A stretch of DNA of 64,000 nucleotides from Phoronis australis (lineage: Eukaryota; Animalia; Phoronida), in NCBI GenBank assembly GCA_002633005.1, contig NMRA01000073.1, positions 62,001 to 126,000 on the forward strand, read 5' to 3'. Position 1 is the first letter of the stretch; every line of letters starts with the position of its first letter. The notes below the pieces were generated by a model. It was not told where the DNA came from. It ran no database searches and saw nothing but the letters and a program-made list of their open reading frames with translations. The translations under genes were made by a program, and so were the position numbers. Positions 51,501-64,000 of this stretch are shown one piece after another.

Positions 51501-54500
51501 AAACAACAAAGCATATACTTGTGTATGACAGGGTGCAATGCTTTGGACACACACCAAATACAGATTTAAAACATTAATAGTCAAAGTGCAAGACTGAGGT
51601 GTTTAAAGTAGAAACATGAGTAGGAATAGTTACAGCTCAAAACACTACAGTGCCCTCTGTGGTTCAGCAATATTTACCCACAATGCTGAGCTGCAGAATG
51701 ACACTCATCCCAGTTAAACACTGCTAATCTCACCACTTTACAGCAAACTTATTTTGACAATTCTCATTCTGATGCTAGTAAAGCTAATTACAGATGAGTT
51801 GCAGTGGTGACGCCAATAAAGACAAGTGGGACGCAATCAACTGCAAGCTCTTTTCTTGCCCCCTCAGCTCAGAAGTGTTAATTGACCTATCGCCAAGATT
51901 TCGAGTGACGGCTTAACCGACCAATTACAACGTAGCATTTTTGAAACACCTTAGTTTCCAAGCCGCCATTTTACCTGACAAACAACACGTTACTAGGTAT
52001 AACTTATTGTTTGTGGACATTTCGCAAGGGGGCGGAGCTTGCAATAGGTCAATTAGCCAAACATTTCAACACCTAGACCAATCATACAATGGTTTTCTAC
52101 CTTCGAGAATTCGGTAAGAAAAAAATGTATGTACATAGTAAAAGTAACTACACTACACATCATGAAATCTCCTTACATCTGAATGACATGTCCAACACTC
52201 AACTGAAAAACTGGTTTGTTTAGAGCCACAACAGAGAATACTTACTGTAACTCTGTCATACCCTTCAACCATTCAGCTAACGTAAAGAAACCCATATTTT
52301 TGGCATCAAGCTTCCACGCCAGGGACAGCATGACCATCTGTACAAAGTAAAATTGGCGATTAGCATGATGAAATATAGCATTCAGACAACACGATGTAGA
52401 ATTCCCCTGGGCACAAGCCAAATTCATTGTTAGAGTAGTCTTTCCTCATAACCAAGAACGAAGGGCGAATTAACGGCAAAGTTAGTAAGGTGGATAAGTC
52501 ACTCTTTAACTAAAACTTTGTTATCCTAATATCATTATCAATCATTTTTTCTGTTAAAAGAATTATCATTATGACTTGTGTATGTCTTGTACTCTAACGA
52601 TCATCTAATAATTGAACTGACTTTTATTAATGATATGTTCACAGTATCAGTTTCAACAGCGGCTTAAACACTGACATGCCAAGTAAAACTCTAGTTAAAG
52701 AAAAGAGCTTACGAAAAACTTTTAAATAGGCGTACCTTTCAACAAGTATTATCAGAATGTTTAGGGCTATGCAAATAGAAACACAGTCAATGCTAAAAAC
52801 GCTTTACTTATTGAGCAAGTCCACAAGCTTGAGATGGTTCTACAGCCAACCCTCCTTGACGTTGGCAGCAGACAGCGGACACAATTCAATTCAAAAATAG
52901 TTTGTTGAATGGCAACTGCAGACACCAAGAGGATGACCAGGAGTTGGCAGCCGCCAAGCCAGCCAGCTAGCTGTAATGTCAATACAGCTAGGAACTACTA
53001 CGTGTGGAGCTCCGTTAGACCCCGAAATTTCACAAAGCCCGGGTAGTTCTGCTTATCACCTTGTATGTAGAGCTAATGACCAGGTGGGGAGCACGCAAAA
53101 TTTGGGGGTCAACCGACACTCACCTTGCTCGTTGCAGCCATTTAAGAGAAAAACAATCAAATAAACATCGTTTTCTTTTATAATTCTCCGCTTTTTGTAA
53201 CAAAAGTCTATAGTCGTTTTGAAAATAGTATGCTTGTCACACGAGCACGCGCCATTTCCTAAAATTTTGCAACATCCCTTGGGAGACGTTGACTGTGTCG
53301 CAGCAGCAAAATTTATTCTTGAATTCGGAGTGCTGGTATTAAAATACTAAAAACTTGTAAAGAAATGAAACCAGCTCCAATAATTAGTTGAGACAAGTAC
53401 GCAACCTCATGGAAGAGAACAGCTGATTATAGAATCGGGGAAAAAAGAAACTAGCCAGTAGATGACACAATATTTCATGGTGCCTAAAGTTGACGCAAAA
53501 GATCGTACCACAATTTTAGCAGCAGAATAACGGTAGAACACCAATTTTTCCAACATCGGTAAATAATTTAGTTTACTCAATGACACTAATTTTATGTCCG
53601 ATTTTATTTGGTCAGTTTTTTACCCACATCAGTGCAAAGCTGTATATTTAGTATACAGCTTTACACCAAGGCTACCAGCCACCCAGCTGTCTGTATCCTA
53701 CATCAGACATCTGCTCCCTATATCAGACACCTGCCGAACAACATATTTCTGAACTATCAGTACAGTATCACAAGGCCACCATGTGAAGGATGGCAATGAC
53801 TGCTTACATTTTCCGGCTCTACGCCTAAATCTTCACAGAACTTTTCCATGCCTTCAGGAGCTATAGTGTCCTCATCAGGGCCTGAAAGACATGGAACACC
53901 ATGTTATATAGCAAAACACTTCAAGATTACAATCAATGCTTCTCTCGATGCAACTCTTTACGATCCACAAGAGTTCTTTGCAGTGTTTGTCAGCCATGTA
54001 GCCTTAACATCCACAAGTTTAAGAGTGCAGTCCCTGACTATCTTGGAGCAAAAAGCCACATTTTGTTATGTCTGCCTCTTTAAGATTACTAGGAATTTGT
54101 ATTTTAGTAAAGATGATACCACAAACCCTTTGCCCTTTAATGCACACATAACTTAGTGAAGGTTAAATAAGACAATGTCATAACTTAGTGAAGGTTAAAT
54201 AAGACAATGTTATAACTTAGTGAAGGTTAAATAAGACAATGTCATAACTTAGTGAAGTTAAATAAGACAATGTCATAACTTAGTGAAGTTAAATAAGACA
54301 ATGTCATAACTTAGTGAAGGTTAAATAAGACAATGTCATAACTTAGTGAAGGTTAAATAAGACAATGTCATAACTTAGTGAAGGTTAAATAAGACAATGT
54401 TATAACTTAGTGAAGGTTAAATAAGACAAGTCTGTGTATTTAGCTAAATATCTACAAAAATACATTTCAACATTTTTACATTTTATGAAAGTAGAAAGCC

Positions 54501-57500
54501 CGAACAAAGTGAATTTTGAATTTTACCAATTTGGAATAAATTGAGTCATGTGACTACGTTTTTTGTAAATTTATTAGACAAGTGAACTTTAGCAAAAATA
54601 GAAAGGTACACTGATAGCAAAACACAGATATGAACAACACAGATATGAACAACACAGATATGAACAACACAGATATGAACAACACAGGTATGAACAACAC
54701 AGGTATGAACAACACAGATATGAACAACACAAATGTTCAAGATAAGAGCTCAAACAGAGTTACAGCCTTCTGAAATATTTCACTTTATGCAACTTTAATT
54801 TTTCATAAAAATCATAAATGTACTATTATTGATAGCATCTCATACAAAAGTGGGACACTTTAAAAACAATTCCTACTATTTCTGGAGAACATTTGTTAAA
54901 GCACAGTGTCTTAAAGATGCTGTCTCATTAAATTGTGAATATGCAAATAAAGTACTAGTTTACAACCTCGAGTCTTCCGGTGTGCCGCAAACCATCCGAG
55001 AATCAGTTATCATGATTACAATCTCGTGAAAGTCTCGTTTTGCGAGACTATTTTTACGTAAATGAGAATGGTAATATGTCATCGTTGCCCAAATAAAACA
55101 TGGCACAATTTTCATTATTTTTTCATTTCACTATCAAATAACGATTCAGTAATATTTGGAATTACTATGATTTTCCATATGTTCACACTTGTCTTTAAGT
55201 GTATCATTTGTGGTGTTTTCATTAAAACTGCATTTCATTTACAAATTGTTTCTTTTCCTAATTGTACTTGAACACACAGTTCTCCAGGAAGTCACAAGAC
55301 GGCTATAGCTACAAATTTAAATATTCAAGGTTTTAATGAGACATAGCATCTTTAAAGTTTCACATGAATCCCAAATATGGACGCTTTTCTATAACCTGAA
55401 GGCCTATAGTTTTCCAAGACAAGTGAGTTAAGATTCTTCAGTCCAGGACACAGAACTATGAAAAAGTAGAATTTGAGTCAAATATCGAATTTCTGAGCGA
55501 AAACACTAAAAGAAAGTATTTCTTTTTTATTGCTAGCAGCCTGACCTGCACAGCAACAATACACAACAAACAACATTTTTTTGAGAGAATTTTTAGCATT
55601 TGCATCAATGAAGCAAGAAAATCAAAATGTCAACAATTGAAATAAAAGAATTTTCAAAGCCTAAACTCAGCATTCAACAAAGAGGGACATTAACTGTAAG
55701 ATTCACTTGGGTGCTAAACCACTTCGGTCACAACAAAATTACTTCTGCCATGAACGATACTAATCAATCATCCTTACAACAGTCAGGTATATGTACTTCT
55801 GAAGAGGATATTAGCAAAATCCATTTCTGTCGCGCAATAAAGAAGTCGGCCAAGTAGAAGACTCGGAGAAGAAGAAGCTGATAAGACACAATGAGTCCTC
55901 AAGCTGACTAATAACATTCTTATCAGAGACTGCAGTGATACATTTTCATATAAAAAACACAGAGACTGCAGTAATGCATTTTGACATAAAACGAATATTG
56001 CTGGAATGCGTTTTCATATCGAAAACAAAAGACATTGCAAACCATACATTACTTTGCAGACAAACTTTGTTTTTATTTAGTAATAAATATTTTAAAAATC
56101 AACGAGTACATATGCACAAGGGACAACATATTTAATAAAAATCAACAAGGGTGTACTAAAATAGGATACTAAATCTCACAGCTGCACAGCCCCCCCCCCC
56201 CCAAGAACAAATATTTATCTATCAAACCTTATCAAATTAATTTCGTAATGCACCATACCAAATAAAACACAAACAAATGACCACAACGACAGACAAATCT
56301 AGAGCAGAAACATGATTTCTGTCACTTTCAAATTGGTGTTGCAAGTGGTGTAAAAACAAAACCTGCTGACAGTAACAATCAACATTTAATGCAGCCACTA
56401 CAGGGGAAGTTAGTACTTTATAACACATTCTATTTCAAGCCTTTGTGCATCACATGGCCTTGACTCACTGCACTATTTTGGTGATGTTCTGGGAGACAGT
56501 CAAAACATGCATCATCATCCCTCTATACCTCAACACAAGTAAAGAATAATTGTTTCTAAACAAAGTTGGAAATGTCTAAGTTGTGTTAACTAAAGACACA
56601 TAAACTACTTTCAGTGAAATCTAATTTCTTACAAATAAATTTGTCTTAGCCATGCAGTTGTGTCCATGAAGACACAGGTCTGAATTTTAAAAGTACTTCT
56701 GAACTACATGTACGTCCATTAAAAGCCAGGAAGTGACCTTACAGTACACTGTCATAAATGAAAGCTTCAGCCATTGACCCCATTTTTACAAAAATAACAA
56801 GTTGCCTAAAGCACTAAATGTGTTGAAAACCTATTAAGACTTTCCTCACAGGCAAAACAATAATTCAGGAACCAAAATGTGCTTTGATGACTTATAAGTG
56901 ATGTAGGACCTTATCGAATAGTCTGTTTATTTAGCCAAATATCTGCAAAACAGTACACACTTTCTGAAATTGCAAAGTATGTAGAATTCGATTCACTTCA
57001 TACTAATTCGATGTACACTGATGGCAAAACAACTGTATCAATCTCAAAAACACAGTAACAGTTTCATTTTTATTAAAATGCAACTTAAGACCTGTCTTGA
57101 CAGAAATTATAAAAACCCTACTTAATGATGCAGAGAGCTCGTAAAATTTTATTTCTAACTTGATACCAATCCATCATTAATTTGATGTGACAATGTCTTT
57201 TGATAAAAATTAGCAAAAATGGTATCAATATCATAGTCAACTTTCACTTGATATCAATGACCAAGATGGAATCTCAAAAATACTGTTACAATCAGTCCTA
57301 TTTTTGATACCCCTTCATGCAAAAGCGTAACATTTGAAAAACAGTGCATACATAATAAATGTTTTAAATGAATCTGATGAGCCCTTGTACGGTGTTCCAT
57401 ATTCAGCCAAATTTGGACGAGTTTGGACATTTTTTAGGGTCCAACTTAACCTTCAATTAAGTGAGTGATTTTACAAAAACAACATTAATCATAAACTAAT

Positions 57501-60500
57501 TGCACACCAGAAACAAAGTTTGAATTATTGACAAGCTTCCCTGTTAGTATTCATCACTAGCAGAGCAATGGCATTGGCAGTAAAAGAAAATGCTCACAAA
57601 GAAGACATAAAAGCAGACATTTTAGTGAATGTACTTACCTGTGTACTCATGAAACCATGAAATACACCTCTTGCTGGAGAAAGCCTCTGTGTTCGAGCCA
57701 TCGTGCTTGGGAGTCCTTTTTACGGCGCTGAAAATTGAGAAACTGCTCATGAACACGGGCTAGCATCAATTCTATGGCGAAACCTAGACACAAGTACTAT
57801 AACATTGGCAACACTGGCCTACCTCATCTTTGTGTAAATCCTCAGTTGTGTGACTTCATAATTCAGTGATGCGTAACACTATGCAACATGACAACACCAG
57901 ACAGAGTAGGTGGGCGGACTGATCAAGGTATTAATAGATCCCCACACTATGACCTTACAGCATAAACTGGGTAATATTCACATACTGCATACCCAGTGAA
58001 GTCTCTCAATCTAATGGCTAACAGATGCAGGTCTGATAACAGATCTCTGAGCCAGCTGTAACAGTGACCTATCAATGGGAAAACTGTCCTCATTTGAACA
58101 GATGGAATAGGTTGACCTCCAGGGGTCAAAAGTCAGATGTTAAAGATCACTGACTTAAAATATAAAAGGAATGTATTACAGAATTGCACTATTAGGGATA
58201 TAAAATTGGACAGAGAGGACCCCAAATTAACTACAAACTAGGAAATTTATGTTGTTCTTCAACAAACTATTATTGCAAGGATTTCTGAATTGAAGACATC
58301 TCAAATACTTAGTAATGAACACCGACACTGACACAGAATATACAAGCCAGACTAGTAGTAGCCAGAGTAGTAAAATTATGTCAAGATATAAAACATCACA
58401 TTTCAGTGTTGCTCTGGAGTATGCCAGCACATTCTTTAGTGAGCCAACACTGACATGCATTATCTTACTTAAATTACTGTATATCAAGGACTAAAACCTG
58501 TGTGTTAATGAGTAGACTTCACAGTCAATAACCTCACAATGTCAGCTCAGCACACCAGTTGTCCTGGTTATCACAAGCAGGTTGAGAGGACAAATTATCC
58601 ACTTCTCTATACTTTGGAAGTTCAGTAACAAAGTGAGATTTTCTGAGAATTTGCGATTTTATATTCACAACATTTCCATCAAAAATTTCTAATGGTACGA
58701 AATTTTCAGTACAAAATCCCAGGCCCTGTACAAAATAATACTGCGCCTCCAATGAGACAGAAGACCAAATCTCATTTAATCATCCAGTTTTGGTGAACCT
58801 GACTCTCTATATGCTATAGTACATGTGACTCTCTATATGCTATAGTACATGTGACTCTCTATATGCTATAGTACATGTCAAATGTTCTCTTATGGCCATA
58901 AATGCTAGTTATGTTGCAAAATGTCTTCCACAATAACCTCTTACAGTCTCACATTTTCTCTTAAAGTTGAATAAGTTATTATCTTTAAGAAGTCCATCTA
59001 AAACTGGTCTCCACAGTAGATTACATGGAAGAACAATACGGAGTTGGGTTTTGAGGATTCAATCGGTTGCTTGGAATGAGTTTGCGAAGCCATTTCATTT
59101 GAGTATCTGGATAATGCCTAATCCACTTTATACTCTCATCATTCACATTTAATCTTTTTGTGACTTAGTTGTCTATTGTATAATCAAACACTGATGTTCA
59201 CTTACTACTTAAATTAGTTATTTGTTTAAATAACGTGATAAAAATATACCCAGTGTTCCCCACAAAGGAAACCCCAGAGGAGGGAGGACGAAAATAAGCA
59301 GAATATCTGGAAAACTTGTAAGACATATGTGAAATGAATAGAAAGTTAAAAAAATTGCAGCAACTATTGTGCAGTTAATAGAATGGTCGATCATTTGGCG
59401 CTAATATGCGTGAAAGTCTTAGTTTTATGAAATAGTTTTTAGAAGAATAAATCATGTTGGAAACTACTGATGTACACTGTAAAAATGTAACGTACTGAAT
59501 GCATTGTCTCACCCTTCCTATATGCCATCATTATAATGTAACAATGAGGAGGCGTATGCTTTTCAGTGGTCATTTCGAAGGCACATTGATTGATCACTAA
59601 GACTGTTACTAATCTCTGTCACACAATTTCTAAGCAGAAATGATTATTTTTTACTTGAAATATCATTTTGGCATGCATGATCGTGAAACTGGAGTTTTCC
59701 AAAATAGTGAACCGTGATTTAAAGTTCATCGTGAACGGGATTTTGTATTTTTAGGCTGGTTTCTTGGTCACTCTACAGGCCGCTTCACGTTCTTGACATG
59801 CGCAGATTTTGGCACAAACGGTTGGGGACAGAAGCACACCCAGGTTCAACCTCCTTTAAGGATTTGTCAACCAAACTCCTTTTCAAAACACCAGCAGAAC
59901 CAAATGAGTCATGAAATGGGATTAATCTTCCATGATATACTTGTTGACACAGTCCAGACCAAACTCATTGCACGTAACTTTATAAATTCCATCATTTTTT
60001 AAAATAAGCCACCATGCTTTTGTCTGTGATGAGGAATTATGAACAAGAGCAACGCAGAACGCTCACGACGGCAAAGCAGTGTCAAGAAATGGACAATATG
60101 TGGCACAGAATATGTCAAATCCATCCCAAAATGAATAGAACTGATGCTACCAACATCATAACACAAACTCGTTTACCACATTTTAATAACACCTATCAAA
60201 GGACTCTAAAGATACAGATGCAAGCATAAAACTAAAATTGCCACTAGGTGGTAGAGCGATAGTCAGAACCGTCCAAAAGTCTTAGGTAGCCGTAGTCTAT
60301 TCTTACAATTTCACAATGAGCCTTCAAAGGAGTAAGGAGATACAGCTGAGGAGGCACAAAGACAAAAATCGCCACCTTGAAGCATCACAGTTGGCAAATA
60401 CGTCCACATAGCAACGCCTTCTTTTGAGGAGCACAAAAGGCACTCGAAAAATAAAAATAGTCACTAGGTGAGGCAAAAACACATCAAATCCATACGAAAA

Positions 60501-62709
60501 TAGAAACTATTTGTTGAATTTCACGAAAATCCATCTATGAACTTTGAACATACAGAGGCAAAGGCAAACAACTAAAAGTGCCACTAGGGGGGCACAATGG
60601 TTGTGGAATGTGTCTGGAAGGTGTCATAAAAAGTTGTCAGGTCCATAAGACATGTCTGCCAAATTTCACAAAGATCCCAATAAAAGTTAAAGAGACATAG
60701 CTGTAGAAAGAAAAAACACCACGACGGGGTGCCAAAGTAGTGGAACCCGTCCAAATATCAACGTCAGACGTGGCCTTCTCATCAGAAATACATCTGCCAA
60801 TTTTCACAACGATCATCCAAGTAGTTTGGCAGATGGAGACGAACGCCAAAAATGGACTTGAAATTATTAAAAATTCCCAATAGGAAGGGCACAATTCATA
60901 AAATCTGACCAAAAATGCAAAGGCATTGTTGCCACTTTAATAGAAACTTATTTGCCAAGTTTCATGAAAATTCATCAATGAACTCCAAAGATACACAGGA
61001 AAACGTAAAAAACGCTGCCAGGGGGCACATCATTTGTTGGATTACGTTGAAACTCGTCACAATCTGCCGAAATTCACAAAGTTCCTGCAAAGGGTTAAGA
61101 AGATGCAGCCATGGATGTAAAATGAAACAAAATCTCCACTAGGGGGCGGCGCTAGAGTAGTCAAACACGCCTGAATATCAACATCAACAGCAGTTTTATC
61201 AGAAACACACCTAAAAATTTTCATAATGATCCTTCGAACAGTTTGGCAGATAGAAAAGCGACGCCAAAAAACGAACTCGAAATTTTAAAATATGGCCACT
61301 ATGTGGCGCAGAATTGTCAAAAATTAACAAAAATGCAAAGGTGTTGTTGCTTCATAATAGAAACCTATTTACAAATTTCATGAAAATCCATCCAAGAATT
61401 ATGAAGATACAGAGGCAATCGTAAAAAACTAAACTTGCCACTAGGGGGCATAGCTGGGGTTGGATCAGTCCGCACATTGTCTTCTCCTGTCAAATTAATA
61501 GGAACAAACCCGCAGAATCTCATCAACATCCTGAGCGAGGTTTAGGAGATACAGCTGCAGACACCGGACAATCAGAGTCCCAGACAGATATAGTGGCAAT
61601 ATGCACCCACATATTAATATGTGGGAGCATAAAAACGAACACAAAGTAAAAATGTGCAAATAAACAGGAACATAAACAGTGCTGTTGGAAAATATTGTTA
61701 GGTGTTTGAATTGAGTACAATGAGTGAAAGTGTAGAGTGGTTAGCGTACTTGGGTTGAGCTATAACAATTGCGTATTTACCTATCTTGTTAACTAATGTA
61801 CGTCAGTGGACAGTTGTAAAAAGTAGACATTGTCAATTATGACAAAGCCATTTTCTCAAACTGTTCGCTATTTTTCTAACAAGTTGCAGCTAATTCAAAT
61901 GTGTTGCAAGTGACAGCAAACAGGTGGAGGTGACATGTTCAAACAGATTATGGAGAACACTGACTGATAATCTGGACAATAATCCCACGTGGATGCAGTA
62001 ACTAGGGACACATGGCACTGTCTAACGTTCATTATAGCTGAGTAATATACACTTGCACTTGTCAAGAGCTGAGACACTTGAACATTCTGGAAGCACCACA
62101 GCAATGGTGAAGGAGCAATGCAGATTACAAGGTGACTAAATCTGCAGAAACCATTAATGCTGCTATAAATCCACCCTACATCAAAGAAACTAAGGCATGA
62201 TGTAGTGTACATACTGCTGTTAATGTGTTGATGGGCCTGACAAACAAATGATCCTATCCATATAGCAGAAAGCCTTGATATTTGTTACAGCTAGTGAGTG
62301 TAAATGTTTCGAAGTTGCTCCACACAAACTTGTAGTCTAGGCATTATAAGAAACCCTGGAACATGGGCACTTGTGTACCAGCCCAGTCTACAAGTTCACT
62401 ATCTCATGTTGCACTTAACTGGCCAAAAGGTTGGGATTATCACCAAATCTAATTAACTAGTTTTGGGCCAATTTTCAAAGTTCCTATATATTCTATGCAC
62501 AGGCACACTCACAACACAAAAGCACGTAATCTCCTCCCAAGTCTAACTAGACAGAAATGCTAGTTTTAGTGTTTAGGTTTCAGAATAAACAATTTGTGTG
62601 AAGCTCAGTTTCCTAGCTAAACATACCTGACGGCTGTGTTAACTTTAGCTCGTTTTGATTTCGGCTGCTCAGCCTCTTCGCCCATTTTCTTCCGTCTCCT
62701 AGGGGGCAT
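48513..62709 (-). CDS. DCUN1D4: DCN1-like protein 4/5 (cullin neddylation co-E3, PONY domain), ~239 aa from ATG 62709
   Basis: Minus-strand exons 62709-62627, 57727-57639, 53881-53808, 52337-52246, 51493-51385, 51162-51058, 49700-49598, 48577-48513 = 720 nt. [109 protein letters not shown]. The first exon may extend in frame to an acceptor at 62790, so the true 5' end may lie outside the window; probably co-orthologous to vertebrate DCUN1D4 and DCUN1D5. Confidence 0.93.
48755..48850. repeat. 19-bp degenerate tandem repeat x5
   Basis: gttgtgcacaatctgtcca. Confidence 0.8.
51879..52055. mobile_element. Short MITE with aattgacctat TIRs
   Basis: taattgacctatcgccaag / cttgcaataggtcaatta. Confidence 0.65.
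53110..53295. repeat. Diverged copy of the interspersed repeat at ~33820-34000 and ~36515-36700
   Basis: Shared gacactcaccttgc.c.ttgcagc..tttaag ... ttgaaaa.a.tatgct. Confidence 0.65.
54148..54429. repeat. 32-bp minisatellite, ~9 copies
   Basis: ataacttagtgaaggttaaataagacaatgtc. Confidence 0.95.
54620..54738. repeat. 15-bp minisatellite, ~8 copies
   Basis: aacacagatatgaac. Confidence 0.95.
54915..55351. mobile_element. Kolobok-like MITE
   Basis: TTAA|AGATGCTGTCTCATTAAA ... TTTAATGAGACATAGCATCT|TTAA: AG start, TTAA TSD. Confidence 0.8.
58800..58878. repeat. 26-bp tandem repeat x3
   Basis: tgactctctatatgctatagtacatg. Confidence 0.9.
60042..61631. mobile_element. Non-autonomous Helentron/HINE-like element with internal ~140-bp satellite array
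   Basis: Starts AACAAGAG; degenerate tandem units with aaatttcatgaaaatcc and ccactagggggc; GACA-like tract; terminal hairpin tatgcacccacatatt/aatatgtgggagcata (61600-61631) followed by an A run. Confidence 0.7.
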
Positions 62710-63275
62710 TGCTACTGGGTTTGGCCAAGGTTCCACTGGACTTGCAGACAATCTTGTGAAGGTCACGTGATTGCAGTCTTCACACAAGCTCTGCCAAATA
62801 GTCAAAGTGATAAAACTCATTTAAAAGTCTTTCAACTCATTTAAAGGTGTTTGATTTAAAACTGCTAAAATTCATTCATAATCAATAAAATTTGTTTAAA
62901 AGCGATAAAACTAATTTGAAATTGGTGAAATTCATTTAAGTTCTAATCTACTAGCCTTTGGGTATTATCAATTAAAAAACACTACAACAATTGTAATCCA
63001 ACCACATACTCAATTGGTCTCAATTTCTGTACTTTAGTTTGGATAAATCATTTCTGGGAATGGAAAAAAAAACAAAAATAAATGCTATTGAAGACTGGAC
63101 TAGAAAATGCAAGAACTTGTGAGCTGTCATTTTGTGTAATGATAAAATATGTCTGTTGGCGAATGAGCTAGGTTCTGTGATTAAACTCCAGATGGTTTGA
63201 AATACTGAGTTTTCTGAACATTAGTGAGGTGCCCGTTCCAAAATAATAGCTAAATCAGTACCTTAGATGCACCAA

Positions 63276-63731
63276 AGCTAAATTTCACTGAACTTGTACA
63301 AAAACTTCAAGCTCTATCCTGCACTGTCTAGTTGGAATTAAGCATCTTAAGCTCATAAAATCGATCTTAAAATTTTCAATATCACGAAAAGACTTATTTG
63401 CCCCTTCCAGGCCAAGAAACACACCAGAAATCGTCAATTTTACTGCAATTAGCCAAATCTAAAATTAGTGTGCAGTGAATCCCATTGAAAAATAGGCCAG
63501 TCACGTGACCATTTCCTGGGAGTGCATGACAGATCAGGGTAGAGCTCAGTAATACTAGGACCTCGTTAAAAAGCAAGACTTTGTGAGACTACATGAGATA
63601 TTGCCATGTATCTTAAAAGAGAACACATGATCTTGGCTAGATTTTAGCGAGGTCCTTGCGTTACTGAACTCTACCCAAACCTAGGTTTAGGCTCTCCAGT
63701 GCATAACTTGAAATATGGGCAAAATGTAGCT
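63276..63731. mobile_element. Degenerate Kolobok-like element
   Basis: agctaaatttcac ... gcaaaatgtagct|ttaa; the same right end (aaatgtagctttaa) occurs at ~40137-40150. Confidence 0.35.
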
Positions 63732-64000
63732 TTAAGCACATCAATTCCACAATCCAGAAATTTAGTGGCAGAGTATAGTTTACAGGTATTTTGGCAAACG
63801 ATAAAAAAAAATAAGGTTAGCAGTAGCAGATTACCCATCAACCCTCAGGAGGTGACCACCAACCACAATCTTTGATATCAATGGCCAACAACTGTTCCAC
63901 ATGTCAGACAACTGTGTGTAAGCTTTTCAGGGACTATCTTGTGCATGAGTTGATGTGTATTGCAAAGCTCATACTCACTCCCATTAACCTGCCTCACCAC

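Noticed and set aside
15784-62709. BTB (CUL3 adaptor) plus DCUN1D (cullin neddylation) as a functional cluster
   Set aside because: BTB genes are abundant, the genes are separated by FRG1, and nothing in the sequence supports co-regulation
1-64000. Autonomous transposase, reverse transcriptase, tRNA or rRNA genes
   Set aside because: No long ORF with such motifs and no cloverleaf or rRNA-like sequence recognised by eye; a covariance-model scan would be needed to exclude small RNAs

Overview
Animal (bilaterian invertebrate-like, AT-rich, short GT-AG introns) genomic DNA, not prokaryotic. Four spliced genes could be assembled by hand with consistent exon phases: (1) the 3' part of PCM1 (+, 1..~11.9 kb); (2) a BTB-BACK (BTBD17-like) gene (-, single coding exon 15784-17088) with a long 5' intron; (3) FRG1 (+, 32577-44261), head-to-head with the BTB gene; (4) DCUN1D4/5 (-, 62709-48513), tail-to-tail with FRG1. 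Introns carry many non-autonomous DNA-transposon relics (Harbinger-, pogo/Tc2-, Kolobok-, hAT-like MITEs, foldbacks, a Helentron-type element) and minisatellites. Two FRG1 segments are tandemly duplicated next to single-N joins and are probably uncollapsed haplotypes. Main leads: a cryptic paralogous PCM1 cassette exon whose differences are mostly synonymous, three alternative PCM1 C-termini, loss of the PCM1 LIR core, PCM1-FRG1 microsynteny, an internal CCAAT+TATA promoter and first exon for the BTB gene, and a same-orientation array of CTCF-like motifs inside a Helentron-like element. All calls are by eye from sequence and recalled homologues; no database search was run.
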